Virus record (IMG/VR): IMGVR_UViG_3300049135_000064 | DNA length: 20,000 nucleotides | Source of the DNA: an uncultured virus (IMG/VR IMGVR_UViG_3300049135_000064) | Lineage: Duplodnaviria; Heunggongvirae; Uroviricota; Caudoviricetes | Reading direction: 5' to 3' (one strand) | Shown here: one piece after another, positions 1-7,669 of the stretch | Layout: every line of letters starts with the position of its first letter | Numbering within the stretch: position 1 is the stretch's first letter | Program-made: the position numbers and the translations under genes | The notes under the pieces: model-generated | The model's input: only the letters and a program-made list of their open reading frames with translations | Told to the model about the DNA's origin: nothing | The model's database searches: none

Positions 1-2
1 TC

Positions 3-548
3 ACCGGGGAGGTCGACACCAACCAGGGCCCGGTGCCGGTCGGGCAGATCACCATGGGCGGCGGGCACGCCGACCTGCGCTCCGGGGTGCGCGCGGCGAT
101 CGCGCACTACGACTCGACCTCCACCGCCGTCGCGGACGTCACGGTCGGCGAGGACGAGCACGGCATCTGGTTCGCCGGGGCGCTGCGCGAGGGGCTGACT
201 TCCAAGCAGCTGCGCGAGCTGAAGGCTGCCAGCCTCTCCGGCGACTGGCGCGGGGTGCGCAAGACCAGCGGCGGGGTGCAGCGCGAGCTGGTCGCGGCGC
301 TGGCGGTCAACGTGCCCGGCTTCCCGATCCCCCGCCCGTCGTTCTCCACGTCCGGCACCGAGGTCATGGCGCTGGTCGCCGCCGGTATCCCCAAGCGGGA
401 GGCCGACATCGACGACACCACCATCGACGCGCTGGTCGAGGCCGCGCTGGTCCGGCGCGAACGCCGTGCAAGGCTCGAGAAGGCTCAGGCCACCATTCGC
501 AAGGCGCGTCTCATGCGCGCTAAGACCCTCATCAACAACTACAAGTAG
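3..548 (+). CDS. Capsid maturation protease, C-terminal part (5'-truncated by the window)
   Basis: Frame is open from position 3. Motifs GEDEHGIWFAG, SLSGDWR and LAVNVPGFP are typical of HK97-like prohead proteases in actinophages. Lies directly upstream of the capsid genes. Confidence 0.8.
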   Translation, partial: TGEVDTNQGPVPVGQITMGGGHADLRSGVRAAIAHYDSTSTAVADVTVGEDEHGIWFAGALREGLTSKQLRELKAASLSGDWRGVRKTSGGVQRELVAALAVNVPGFPIPRPSFSTSGTEVMALVAAGIPKREADIDDTTIDALVEAALVRRERRARLEKAQATIRKARLMRAKTLINNYK

Positions 549-557
549 GAGAGAATC

Positions 558-701
558 ATGGCTTGTGGCGCATGCGGTTCGAGCAAGAGCAAAACCACAT
601 ATCTGCACACCGCTAAAGACGGCACTAAGACCACCTATGCCACGGAAATTGAAGCCCGTGCAGCGGTTGCTCGTCGCGGTGGGTCGTATAAAGCACAGTA
701 A
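558..701 (+). CDS. 47-aa basic CxxC microprotein (MACGACGSSKSKTTYLHTAKDGTKTTYATEIEARAAVARRGGSYKAQ)
   Basis: Strong SD AGGAGAG at 547-553, ATG at 558, TAA at 699-701. Below the ORF-track cutoff. Resembles small M-x-C-x-x-C-G proteins seen between protease and capsid genes in actinophages. Confidence 0.8.
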   Translation: MACGACGSSKSKTTYLHTAKDGTKTTYATEIEARAAVARRGGSYKAQ

Positions 702-705
702 ATCC

Positions 706-734
706 CTGACAGGCTCACACTTATCGTCTATAGT
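706..734 (+). promoter_or_regulatory. SigA/sigma70-type promoter for the capsid operon
   Basis: -35 CTGACA (706-711), 17-bp spacer, -10 TATAGT (729-734), in an AT-rich intergenic gap. Confidence 0.75.
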
Positions 735-749
735 GTGAGCCAGAAGGGC

Positions 750-823
750 ACTCTCCTGGCCGTAGGCCGTGTGTCGATATTTAGTTATCCCCCACACACC
801 CCTACGATCCTCTTTAGGAGAGT
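750..823 (+). promoter_or_regulatory. Structured 5' leader occluding the capsid RBS
   Basis: Nested complementarity: ACTCTCCT 750-757 with AGGAGAGT 816-823 (the SD); CGTAGG 761-766 with CCTACG 801-806; GTGTGT 769-774 with ACACAC 794-799; GATA 776-779 with TATC 786-789. Confidence 0.55.
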
Positions 824-827
824 TCCA

Positions 828-2516
828 ATGGGAAAGTTTAAAGCCCCCAAGGACATTACTGCCCTCGATAACGAGGCTCTCGAAGCTTCCATCGCCGATG
901 CACTCGAAGCCCATTCCGAGTACGCCGCTCTGGCAGATGACGAAATCACGGACGAACAGCTCGCCGAGTTCGAGGCCATCGCCAACTTCCTCTCCGACGC
1001 CAACGCCGAGGTCGGCAACCGCGAGGCAGCCGCCGCCGAACGCGCCGAGAAGCTGAACGCGCTGCGCGCCGTCGGCAAGAAGGACGAAGGCGAAGACGAC
1101 GGCGAGGAGGAAATGTCCTCCGAGCCGGGCGAACCCGCACCGGAGCCCGCGGCCGAGCCCGAGCCGGAGGAAGACGACGAGGAGGAGGACGAGCCCGCCC
1201 CTGCCGCGAAGCAGAAGCAGGCCGCATCCATCCGCCGCCCGTCGGCCTCACGCGCCGCCCGCCGCCAGAAGGCCCCGGAAGCACCGGCCCGCGAGAGCTT
1301 CAACCTCGTCGCCGCCGCCGACGTCCCCGGATTCGCCTCCGGCCACCAGTTCGAGACCCTCTCCGACGCGGGCAAGGCGATCATGAACCGCCTCCGCGCA
1401 CTGCCCACCACGGGCAAGCAGGTGGTCCGCACCGGAGCCGTCGTGTTCCAGATGCCCAAGAGCCAGTTCTCCCAGGAGAACTACCGGGGCCGCGACAGCG
1501 AAATGCTGCTCGACGCCGCCAACGAACACCGGCTGCAGGGCGGAAACCTTGTCGCCGCCGGTGGCTGGGGAGCGCCGTCCGACACCATCCTCGACTTCTG
1601 CAAGGTCGAATCCACGCAGGGCCTGCTGGATTTGCCGGAGGTCACCATCACCCGCGGCGGTGTGAACTACACGAGGGGCCCCGTCTTCTCCGACGTGTTC
1701 AACTCCGCCACCGGTTTCTGGGACATGACGGAAGCCACCGCCGAGGCCGGGGTCGAGGAGAAGACCTCCTACCGTCCCGAGGTGCCGGACTTCATCGAGC
1801 GCCGCCTCGACGCCGTCGGCGTCATGATGGAGGCCGGTCTGCTGCTCCGCGCCGGATGGCCGGAACTGGTCGACCGCTACGCCGAGCTGGGCCTCGTCGC
1901 GCACCAGCACAAGCTGGCCCGCAAGCAGTTGAACGAGATCCGCGCCTACACCGGCCCGGCCGTCGACGTTCCGAACGGCTTCGGCAACGCGCTGGACATC
2001 ATCAACATCCTCGAAGTGGTTGCCACCGGCGAGCGTGAGCGCAACGTCATGTCGCTGGACGCCACGCTGGAGGTCCTGCTCCCGCACTGGGCCAAGCAGG
2101 TCATCCGCGTGGATCTGTCCAACCGCACCGGCGTGGACCTGATCGACATCAACGACGCCCGGATCAACGCGTTCTTCGCCACCCGCAACCTGCGGATCCA
2201 GTGGCTGTACGACTACCAGAACCTCACGGTGGGAGCCTCCGGCATCGTCACCGAGTACCCGGACACCATCGAGGCGATCATGTACCCGGCCGGCACCTAC
2301 GTGCGCGGCGTCTCGGACGTGATCACGCTGGACACGGTCTACGACTCGGTCAACCTGAAGCGCAACGATTACGTGCACTTCTTCATTGAACAGGGCCTGA
2401 CGGTGACCAACCCCTGCCACGACGGACGCCGGATCAGCGTCCCGCTGGCCATCACCGGCCGGACCGCCGCAGCCGACATCACCAGCGAGTTCCTCGAAGC
2501 GCCTGCCGCCCCGTAG
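828..2516 (+). CDS. Major capsid (hexamer) protein, 562 aa, with N-terminal scaffold/delta domain
   Basis: True start is ATG 828 after SD AGGAGA (the track start at 735 lies in the promoter/leader). Acidic helical N-terminus, then LVAAGGWGAPS...LDLPEV...RGG motifs of the cluster-B-like actinophage HK97-fold capsid. Confidence 0.9.
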   Translation: MGKFKAPKDITALDNEALEASIADALEAHSEYAALADDEITDEQLAEFEAIANFLSDANAEVGNREAAAAERAEKLNALRAVGKKDEGEDDGEEEMSSEPGEPAPEPAAEPEPEEDDEEEDEPAPAAKQKQAASIRRPSASRAARRQKAPEAPARESFNLVAAADVPGFASGHQFETLSDAGKAIMNRLRALPTTGKQVVRTGAVVFQMPKSQFSQENYRGRDSEMLLDAANEHRLQGGNLVAAGGWGAPSDTILDFCKVESTQGLLDLPEVTITRGGVNYTRGPVFSDVFNSATGFWDMTEATAEAGVEEKTSYRPEVPDFIERRLDAVGVMMEAGLLLRAGWPELVDRYAELGLVAHQHKLARKQLNEIRAYTGPAVDVPNGFGNALDIINILEVVATGERERNVMSLDATLEVLLPHWAKQVIRVDLSNRTGVDLIDINDARINAFFATRNLRIQWLYDYQNLTVGASGIVTEYPDTIEAIMYPAGTYVRGVSDVITLDTVYDSVNLKRNDYVHFFIEQGLTVTNPCHDGRRISVPLAITGRTAAADITSEFLEAPAAP

Positions 2517-2525
2517 CTGACATAA

Positions 2526-2556
2526 GGCCGGGCTGCTGTGGCCCAGTAGCCCGGCC
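2526..2556 (+). terminator. GC-rich hairpin (terminator or attenuator) between the two capsid genes
   Basis: GGCCGGGCTGCTG-tggcc-CAGTAGCCCGGCC forms a 13-bp stem with one G-U pair, 10 nt after the capsid stop. No U-tract. Confidence 0.6.
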
Positions 2557-2582
2557 CCCAACCCCACGGAAGGGGGTAGGCC

Positions 2583-3341
2583 ATGTACGCAATCGAAGCA
2601 CCTGCCGACGTATCGGCGGCGCGCGGCGGTTTGCTCACGGTCGCCAATGTCATCGACGGCGGGGACACCCAGCTGTACTACCAGGGTCCGACCTACCAGG
2701 AGTCCGCGCTGACCGGCCACAACCGGCCGGTCCCGGCACCGGGCACCGACAAGGAGTTCGATCAGGTCGGCATCACCGAGGGCATCACGTTCCAGGTCTA
2801 CCGGGGCGTCGAGTATTCGATGTTCCAGCGGGCCGACGCCGAACCGACCGTGCGCGCCGCGTTCGGTGCCGGTGAGGACTGGGCGGTCGAGCGGGCCGTG
2901 CAGGAACAGCTGCTCAACAGCGAGGCCGCGGACATCACGCCCGTGGCCGGGACCCCGGTAACCAACGTCAAGCAGGCGCTCGGCCTGCTCCAGCAGTACG
3001 CGGCGGACCAGTATTCGGGCCTGCCGCTGCTGCACGCGAACCGGTACGGCACCGAGGTGCTCTCCGGCCAGCTGGAGCTGGGCGAGAACTGGACGCTCAC
3101 CACGAAGCAGGGCACCCCGATCGCCAACGGCGGCGGGTACTCGGCAACGGGTCCGGGCGGGGCAGCGGCTCCGGACGGCGCGTTCTGGGTCTACGTCACC
3201 GGGCAGGTCAACATCTGGCGCGGCGCGCTGGAAGTCGTCCCCGCCCCGGCGCTGAGGGCGAACCGCGCACAGGCGCTGGCCGAGGCAACCTACGCGGCCA
3301 GCGTGGACTCATTCACTGCGGCGATCCTCGTCGGAATCTAA
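2583..3341 (+). CDS. Putative major capsid pentamer protein / second capsid protein, 252 aa
   Basis: Immediately follows the hexamer gene. N-terminal GGLLTVA, GEDWAVERA, TPIANGGGY and YVTGQV motifs match the second capsid gene of cluster-B-like actinophages. Confidence 0.7.
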   Translation: MYAIEAPADVSAARGGLLTVANVIDGGDTQLYYQGPTYQESALTGHNRPVPAPGTDKEFDQVGITEGITFQVYRGVEYSMFQRADAEPTVRAAFGAGEDWAVERAVQEQLLNSEAADITPVAGTPVTNVKQALGLLQQYAADQYSGLPLLHANRYGTEVLSGQLELGENWTLTTKQGTPIANGGGYSATGPGGAAAPDGAFWVYVTGQVNIWRGALEVVPAPALRANRAQALAEATYAASVDSFTAAILVGI

Positions 3342-3351
3342 GGAGAAAGTC

Positions 3352-3783
3352 ATGAAGATGCATCTGAATGACGGGGAAGCCTACATCAAGGGCCGTTCCC
3401 CGGAGAAGGCGGCGCAGCTGATCCAGGCGGCGGAGGACGCCGGACTGGAAGGCAGCGTCCGCACCACGAGCTACGGCTACATCGTGCCGGAACAGCTGGC
3501 GGACCCGTCCGATACCACCACCACCACCACCGGACGCCCGCTGCGCAAGAGCGCGACCTATCTTGACGAGGCCGAGGCCATCGTCAACGACCGGCCGTCC
3601 GCGGACAGCCCGGCCACCGTAACCGAAAGCGCCGGGTTCGACCCGGCCGACCACACCGTCGACGAAGTCACCGACTACCTCGACACCGCCGACGCCGCCG
3701 AGATTGACCGCGTGAAAGAGGCGGAAAAGACCGGCAAGAACCGCACCACCATCCTGAACTACACAGCCGAGGGAGCTAAGTAA
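3352..3783 (+). CDS. Hypothetical virion-associated protein, 143 aa
   Basis: SD AAGGAG, good codon usage. C-terminal small helical motif HTVDEVTDYL...EAEKTGKNRTTIL joined by a Thr-rich linker. Confidence 0.8.
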   Translation: MKMHLNDGEAYIKGRSPEKAAQLIQAAEDAGLEGSVRTTSYGYIVPEQLADPSDTTTTTTGRPLRKSATYLDEAEAIVNDRPSADSPATVTESAGFDPADHTVDEVTDYLDTADAAEIDRVKEAEKTGKNRTTILNYTAEGAK

Positions 3784-4703
3784 TGCAGTCACGTAAGGTC
3801 TCTTACCTCCGCGGCCGTCGGCTGCGGGCGACCCGTCTCGACATCAACGGACGTCCGATCTACGGCGACAACGCCGCCGTGGTCACCAAGGGTTTCATCA
3901 CCTTCGGCATGACCACGAACATGGAGGAGGGCGAGGCGATCACGGTCACCGACGCCAACGGTGACAGCTGCGTGAACGAAGCCGCCGTCCCCACCTTCAC
4001 CGGCATCTCCGGCGAGGCCGAGTTCTGCGCCGTGGACTTCGCGCTGTTCGAGATGCTCACCGGCATGCCGGTGGTGCTCGACGAGAACGGCCGGGCCATC
4101 GGCATCACCGAAACCACCCGGATCAACCTCGCCGACATCAACGTGGCGCTGGAGCTGTGGCTGGGCGCGTCGAGCGACGACGCACCCTCGACCGGTTCCG
4201 AGGGCCAGTTCGGTTACATCCTGCTGCCGTTCGTCGGCGGCGGCGTGATCGGCGACATCACCATCGAGAACGCGGGCATCACGTTCACCATCTCCAACCT
4301 CTCGACGAAGAACGGCTCCAACTGGGGAGCCGGTCCGTACAACGTCGAGCTGGTCGACGGTGCGCCTGCCCCGCTGTCCACCCCGATCCAGTCCGGCGAC
4401 CACCGGCGCATCCAGCACGTCGAGGTTGCGCCTCCGACCGTGTACGCGGGCTCCATCCCGCTGCTCGACCCCACCGATCCGGCGCTGACCGGAGTCACCG
4501 CAACGGCCACCGGCCTGAGCGTGGCACTCGCCCCGCAGCCCGCCGGCACCGACCCCGTCTTCTACGACTTCGGGGACGGCAGCTGGGATCTGGCGGAAAC
4601 CGGCAGCTACACCCACGTGTACTCGGCTGCCGGGACCTACACGATCACCGCACGCCGGGGATCGAGCACGGTCACCACCACGGTCACGGTAACCGCGGCC
4701 TAA
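3783..4703 (+). CDS. Major tail (tube) protein with C-terminal PKD/Ig-like domain
   Basis: TAATG overlap with the previous gene. N-terminal RGRRLRATRLD and WGAGPYNV motifs of actinophage major tail proteins. C-terminal YDFGDGS...YTHVYSAAGTYTIT is the PKD signature. Confidence 0.88.
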   Translation: MQSRKVSYLRGRRLRATRLDINGRPIYGDNAAVVTKGFITFGMTTNMEEGEAITVTDANGDSCVNEAAVPTFTGISGEAEFCAVDFALFEMLTGMPVVLDENGRAIGITETTRINLADINVALELWLGASSDDAPSTGSEGQFGYILLPFVGGGVIGDITIENAGITFTISNLSTKNGSNWGAGPYNVELVDGAPAPLSTPIQSGDHRRIQHVEVAPPTVYAGSIPLLDPTDPALTGVTATATGLSVALAPQPAGTDPVFYDFGDGSWDLAETGSYTHVYSAAGTYTITARRGSSTVTTTVTVTAA

Positions 4704-4707
4704 GAAC

Positions 4708-4757
4708 GGCCGGGGGGTGCGCCCAATGTCCCTTGCTGCGCACCCCCCGGCCCCTTT
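4708..4757 (+). terminator. Rho-independent terminator after the major tail gene
   Basis: Perfect 15-bp inverted repeat GGCCGGGGGGTGCGC (4708-4722) and GCGCACCCCCCGGCC (4738-4752), followed by CCTTT. Confidence 0.75.
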
Positions 4758-4771
4758 GCGAGGAGACACGC

Positions 4772-4921
4772 ATGGTCCGAATCCCAGGCATGGTCCCGCC
4801 GCGGACACTGCCGCCGCAACCCGAGCACGACGACCACTACCTGCCCGACGACGTCTGGGGGCAGGTCCTCCGCGACGCAAAGCGCATCCGCGAGGAGTCC
4901 GACGAAAGCGAGACGCTCTGA
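4772..4921 (+). CDS. 49-aa hypothetical protein coupled to the endolysin (MVRIPGMVPPRTLPPQPEHDDHYLPDDVWGQVLRDAKRIREESDESETL)
   Basis: SD GAGGAG at 4760-4765, ATG at 4772. Its TGA overlaps the endolysin ATG (TGATG). Confidence 0.7.
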   Translation: MVRIPGMVPPRTLPPQPEHDDHYLPDDVWGQVLRDAKRIREESDESETL

Positions 4922-5808
4922 TGGTCTCCCCCGTCATCAACCTGCCCTCCCTCAAGCACTCCGGGGTATCCGGGCTGGATACCCAGCTGTTCTGCCAGCA
5001 CTCCGGGGAAACCCCGCTGCGCGGCGGGTTCGCGGAATCGCTGACCCGGGCGAACAACGCCGACCCGAAATGGCAGGCCAGCTGGCCCTCGTTCGTGGAC
5101 CCGATCGCGCGGGTCCGGCAGGTCGCATGGCCGAACTCCGCGTGGACGCAGGGCATCGCCAACGCGATCGCCGTCGGGCTGGAGTGTGCCGGGTACGCCC
5201 GGTTCTCCAAGGCTGACTGGCTCACCCCGGAGGGCCTGAAACAGCTGGAGAACCTCGCCCACGAGTGGGTCTACTACTGGCGGCTGGAGGAGGAGGTGGG
5301 GAACATCATCCCGCTGCGCTGGCTGACCACCGCCGAGGTGCAGAAGGTGCTGGCGGGCAACCGTTCCATCAAGGGCTTCTGTACCCATGCGCAGATCGAC
5401 CCAAACAGCCGGACCGATCCCGGCCCCAACTTCCCGTACGACCGGCTGCTCCAGCGCATCGGCGAAATTCTCGGCGGCAAGGTCACCCCGGCAACAGCAA
5501 AGGACGAACTGGACATGGCAGGCGAAAAAGAGTTCAAGCAGTGGGTCCGCGAAGTCCTCAAGGAGGACGTCAACGGCGACTGGGACTACAACCGCAAGGG
5601 CGACAAGCAGGACGCGTCCGCGAAGCTGCACGAGACGCAGATGAACGTTCGCAAGCTGCTCAGCCTCGTCACGGCGCAGCAGGCGGCGCTCAAGGCGCTG
5701 GCCACCGATAAGAACGTCGACGCGTCCGTGCTGCAGAAAGCCATCGACGACGCGGTCTCCGATCTGCGGATCGTGCTGGTCGCCCAGTCGGACCCCGGGG
5801 CGCAGTAG
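4921..5808 (+). CDS. Endolysin, N-acetylmuramoyl-L-alanine amidase (Amidase_2-like), 295 aa
   Basis: Zn-amidase motifs CQHSGE, AWTQG..N...GLE, GFCTH and RTDPGPNFP, with a helical C-terminal tail. Start at ATG 4921, because the track start at 4717 lies inside the terminator. Confidence 0.88.
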   Translation: MVSPVINLPSLKHSGVSGLDTQLFCQHSGETPLRGGFAESLTRANNADPKWQASWPSFVDPIARVRQVAWPNSAWTQGIANAIAVGLECAGYARFSKADWLTPEGLKQLENLAHEWVYYWRLEEEVGNIIPLRWLTTAEVQKVLAGNRSIKGFCTHAQIDPNSRTDPGPNFPYDRLLQRIGEILGGKVTPATAKDELDMAGEKEFKQWVREVLKEDVNGDWDYNRKGDKQDASAKLHETQMNVRKLLSLVTAQQAALKALATDKNVDASVLQKAIDDAVSDLRIVLVAQSDPGAQ

Positions 5809-5810
5809 CC

Positions 5811-6086
5811 GTGCCCCTGTTCAAGCACAGGGAGCCGACCGGGAAGTGGTGGATCGACCACTCCCTCTCCCTGGTGATCGGCGCGATCCTCGCGCTCCAG
5901 CTCACCGTGTCCGTGTTCACGGGCATCCGCGTCTGGGTCGCCGAGGGCAGCCAGGGCAGCTTCTGGACGTGGTGGTTCCACGAAATCAACCTCTCCACTC
6001 TCGCCGATACCTTCGGCGTCCTGCTGATCGTGCTCCTGTCCAAGTGGCTGTACGAGCGCGGCAGCAACGAATCGAAAGGTGAATGA
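5811..6086 (+). CDS. Holin-like membrane protein, 91 aa, 2 TM helices (DUF6766-like C-terminal motif)
   Basis: GTG start 3 nt after the lysin stop. Hydrophobic segments SLSLVIGAILALQLTVSVFTGI and TFGVLLIVLLSKWLY. Ends ERGSNESK. Confidence 0.65.
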   Translation: MPLFKHREPTGKWWIDHSLSLVIGAILALQLTVSVFTGIRVWVAEGSQGSFWTWWFHEINLSTLADTFGVLLIVLLSKWLYERGSNESKGE

Positions 6087-6450
6087 CATGACCTACAACG
6101 CGATCGCCGACATGGCACGCAACGAATCCCTGCAGCTGCGGCTCACCGCCTCCGCCGCGCAGGAAGGCCTCTACAACCCGATGATGTGGGTCGGCCAGTA
6201 CGTCTGGAACCTCGTCGCGCAGCCGGGCTGGCCGGAGGCGTTCGCCTACGCGCAGGCCACCCGCGACCCGGAGGACGTCGGCTGGGTCGACCCGGGCCGG
6301 GACGAGGGCGTGATCACGGACAGCATGATCCTCTCCGCCGTGCAGGCGCTGCTGATCGCCACCACCGCCGCGCCCGCGGAGGGCCCGGAGGCTCCGGTGC
6401 CGGCCGAGACGGAGCCGACCATGACCGACCAGCCGGACCCGACGGCCTGA
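6079..6450 (+). CDS. Hypothetical phage protein, 123 aa (alternative start ATG 6088)
   Basis: Overlaps the upstream stop, strong GC3 bias. Contains AIADMA...LQLRLTASAAQE and VITDSMILSAVQ motifs that recur in actinophage small proteins. Confidence 0.75.
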   Translation: MNDMTYNAIADMARNESLQLRLTASAAQEGLYNPMMWVGQYVWNLVAQPGWPEAFAYAQATRDPEDVGWVDPGRDEGVITDSMILSAVQALLIATTAAPAEGPEAPVPAETEPTMTDQPDPTA

Positions 6451-6452
6451 TC

Positions 6453-7178
6453 ATGGCCACCGCGATCTGGCCCATCGACTGGCCGACCGGAGCCACGGAG
6501 GGGGCGGACCCCGAGCGGGTGGCGCTGGCCGAGCGGTTCGCCGCGTCGGTGCTGCGCTTCCTCACGCTGGGCCGGGTCGGCGGGCTGCCGATCACCGTAA
6601 TGCCGTGCGGGCGCGGCTGCCGCCACCCGTTCGACTCCGGCGCGGTGTTCCACCCGGTGCTGCTGGAATCCGGCGCGTACGCGAACTGCTGGTGCCGGGG
6701 CGGCTGCTCCTGCAAACCGGTCGAGCACGTGCTGCTGGCCGCGCCGGTGGGCCGGATCGACCAGGTTCTGCTGGACGGGACAATCCTGGATCCGTCCAGC
6801 TACCGGGTGGAGGACGGCAACAAGCTGGTCCGCACCGACGGCGGGAGCTGGCCCAGCTGCGCCGGGGACAAGTTCACGGTCACCTACCTCAACGGCTACC
6901 CGGTGGACGCGGTCGGCGCGTACGCCGGCGGAGTCCTGGCCGCGGAATATTTGAAGGCGCTGGCCGGGGACAAGAAGTGCCGGCTGCCCTCCAACATCAC
7001 CTCCGTGGCGCGGCAGGGCATCAGCTACGAGGTCGCCAAGGGCATGTTCCCCGACGGGATGACCGGTCTGCGCGAGGTCGACACCTACATCATGCAGTGG
7101 AATCCGCACGGCATGCGGACCGCCCCGGCGGTCTACTCCATCGACGCTCCGAAACAGAGGCAGGTCACATGGCCGTGA
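6453..7178 (+). CDS. Head-to-tail adaptor, 241 aa
   Basis: ATG at 6453, just after the previous stop. Cys-rich CWCRGGCSC, LVRTDGGSWPSC, CRLPSNITSVARQGIS and TGLREVD...WNP motifs are characteristic of cluster-B-like adaptors. Confidence 0.8.
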   Translation: MATAIWPIDWPTGATEGADPERVALAERFAASVLRFLTLGRVGGLPITVMPCGRGCRHPFDSGAVFHPVLLESGAYANCWCRGGCSCKPVEHVLLAAPVGRIDQVLLDGTILDPSSYRVEDGNKLVRTDGGSWPSCAGDKFTVTYLNGYPVDAVGAYAGGVLAAEYLKALAGDKKCRLPSNITSVARQGISYEVAKGMFPDGMTGLREVDTYIMQWNPHGMRTAPAVYSIDAPKQRQVTWP

Positions 7179-7669
7179 GGGAACCGCAGGTGATGGCCGA
7201 CGTCCTGCTCGCCGCGCTGGTGGTGCAGCTGCGCGAGGACGGGCTGGACGCGGACCTGTGCGCGAAGGCCATCTATCCGGGTGCGCTCGTGCCGCTGGAC
7301 TACGGGCTGGAGAGCTGCGGCGGGCAGGCGTTCGTCCGGCTCACCGGCGCGGTGCCGACGACGACGTTCCCCAACCCCGACGCGTCGCCGATGTCCTGCC
7401 TCACCACGCTGGCCTACACGTTCGAGCTGGGGGTGTCCCGGCCCTCGACGTACCTGGACTTTGTCGCGGGCGAGGCGAACCTGCCCGACGACGAGGAGCA
7501 GATCGCATCCGCGCACGCCCAGTACGCGGACATGATGGCGGTCCGCGCCGCGGTGAAGCGGGTCCGCGATGACGTCGACCTCGTGGTGCTGGGCGCGTAC
7601 ACCCCGTTCGGCCCGGACGGCGGCACCGTCGGCGGGTACTGGACCGTGCAGGTCGGGATGGAGGCGTAA
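7169..7669 (+). CDS. Tail terminator / connector protein, about 166 aa (alternative GTG start at 7175)
   Basis: Position in the connector block. CGGQAFVRL, ELGVSR and PFGPDGGTVGG motifs. Overlaps the adaptor stop. Confidence 0.65.
   Translation: MAVREPQVMADVLLAALVVQLREDGLDADLCAKAIYPGALVPLDYGLESCGGQAFVRLTGAVPTTTFPNPDASPMSCLTTLAYTFELGVSRPSTYLDFVAGEANLPDDEEQIASAHAQYADMMAVRAAVKRVRDDVDLVVLGAYTPFGPDGGTVGGYWTVQVGMEA

Noticed and set aside
735..827. Track start of the capsid ORF at 735, and extended starts at 4717, 6186 and 6605
   Set aside because: These extensions overlap a promoter, a terminator or upstream genes. SD-supported or coupled starts are 828, 4921, 6453 and 7169/7175.
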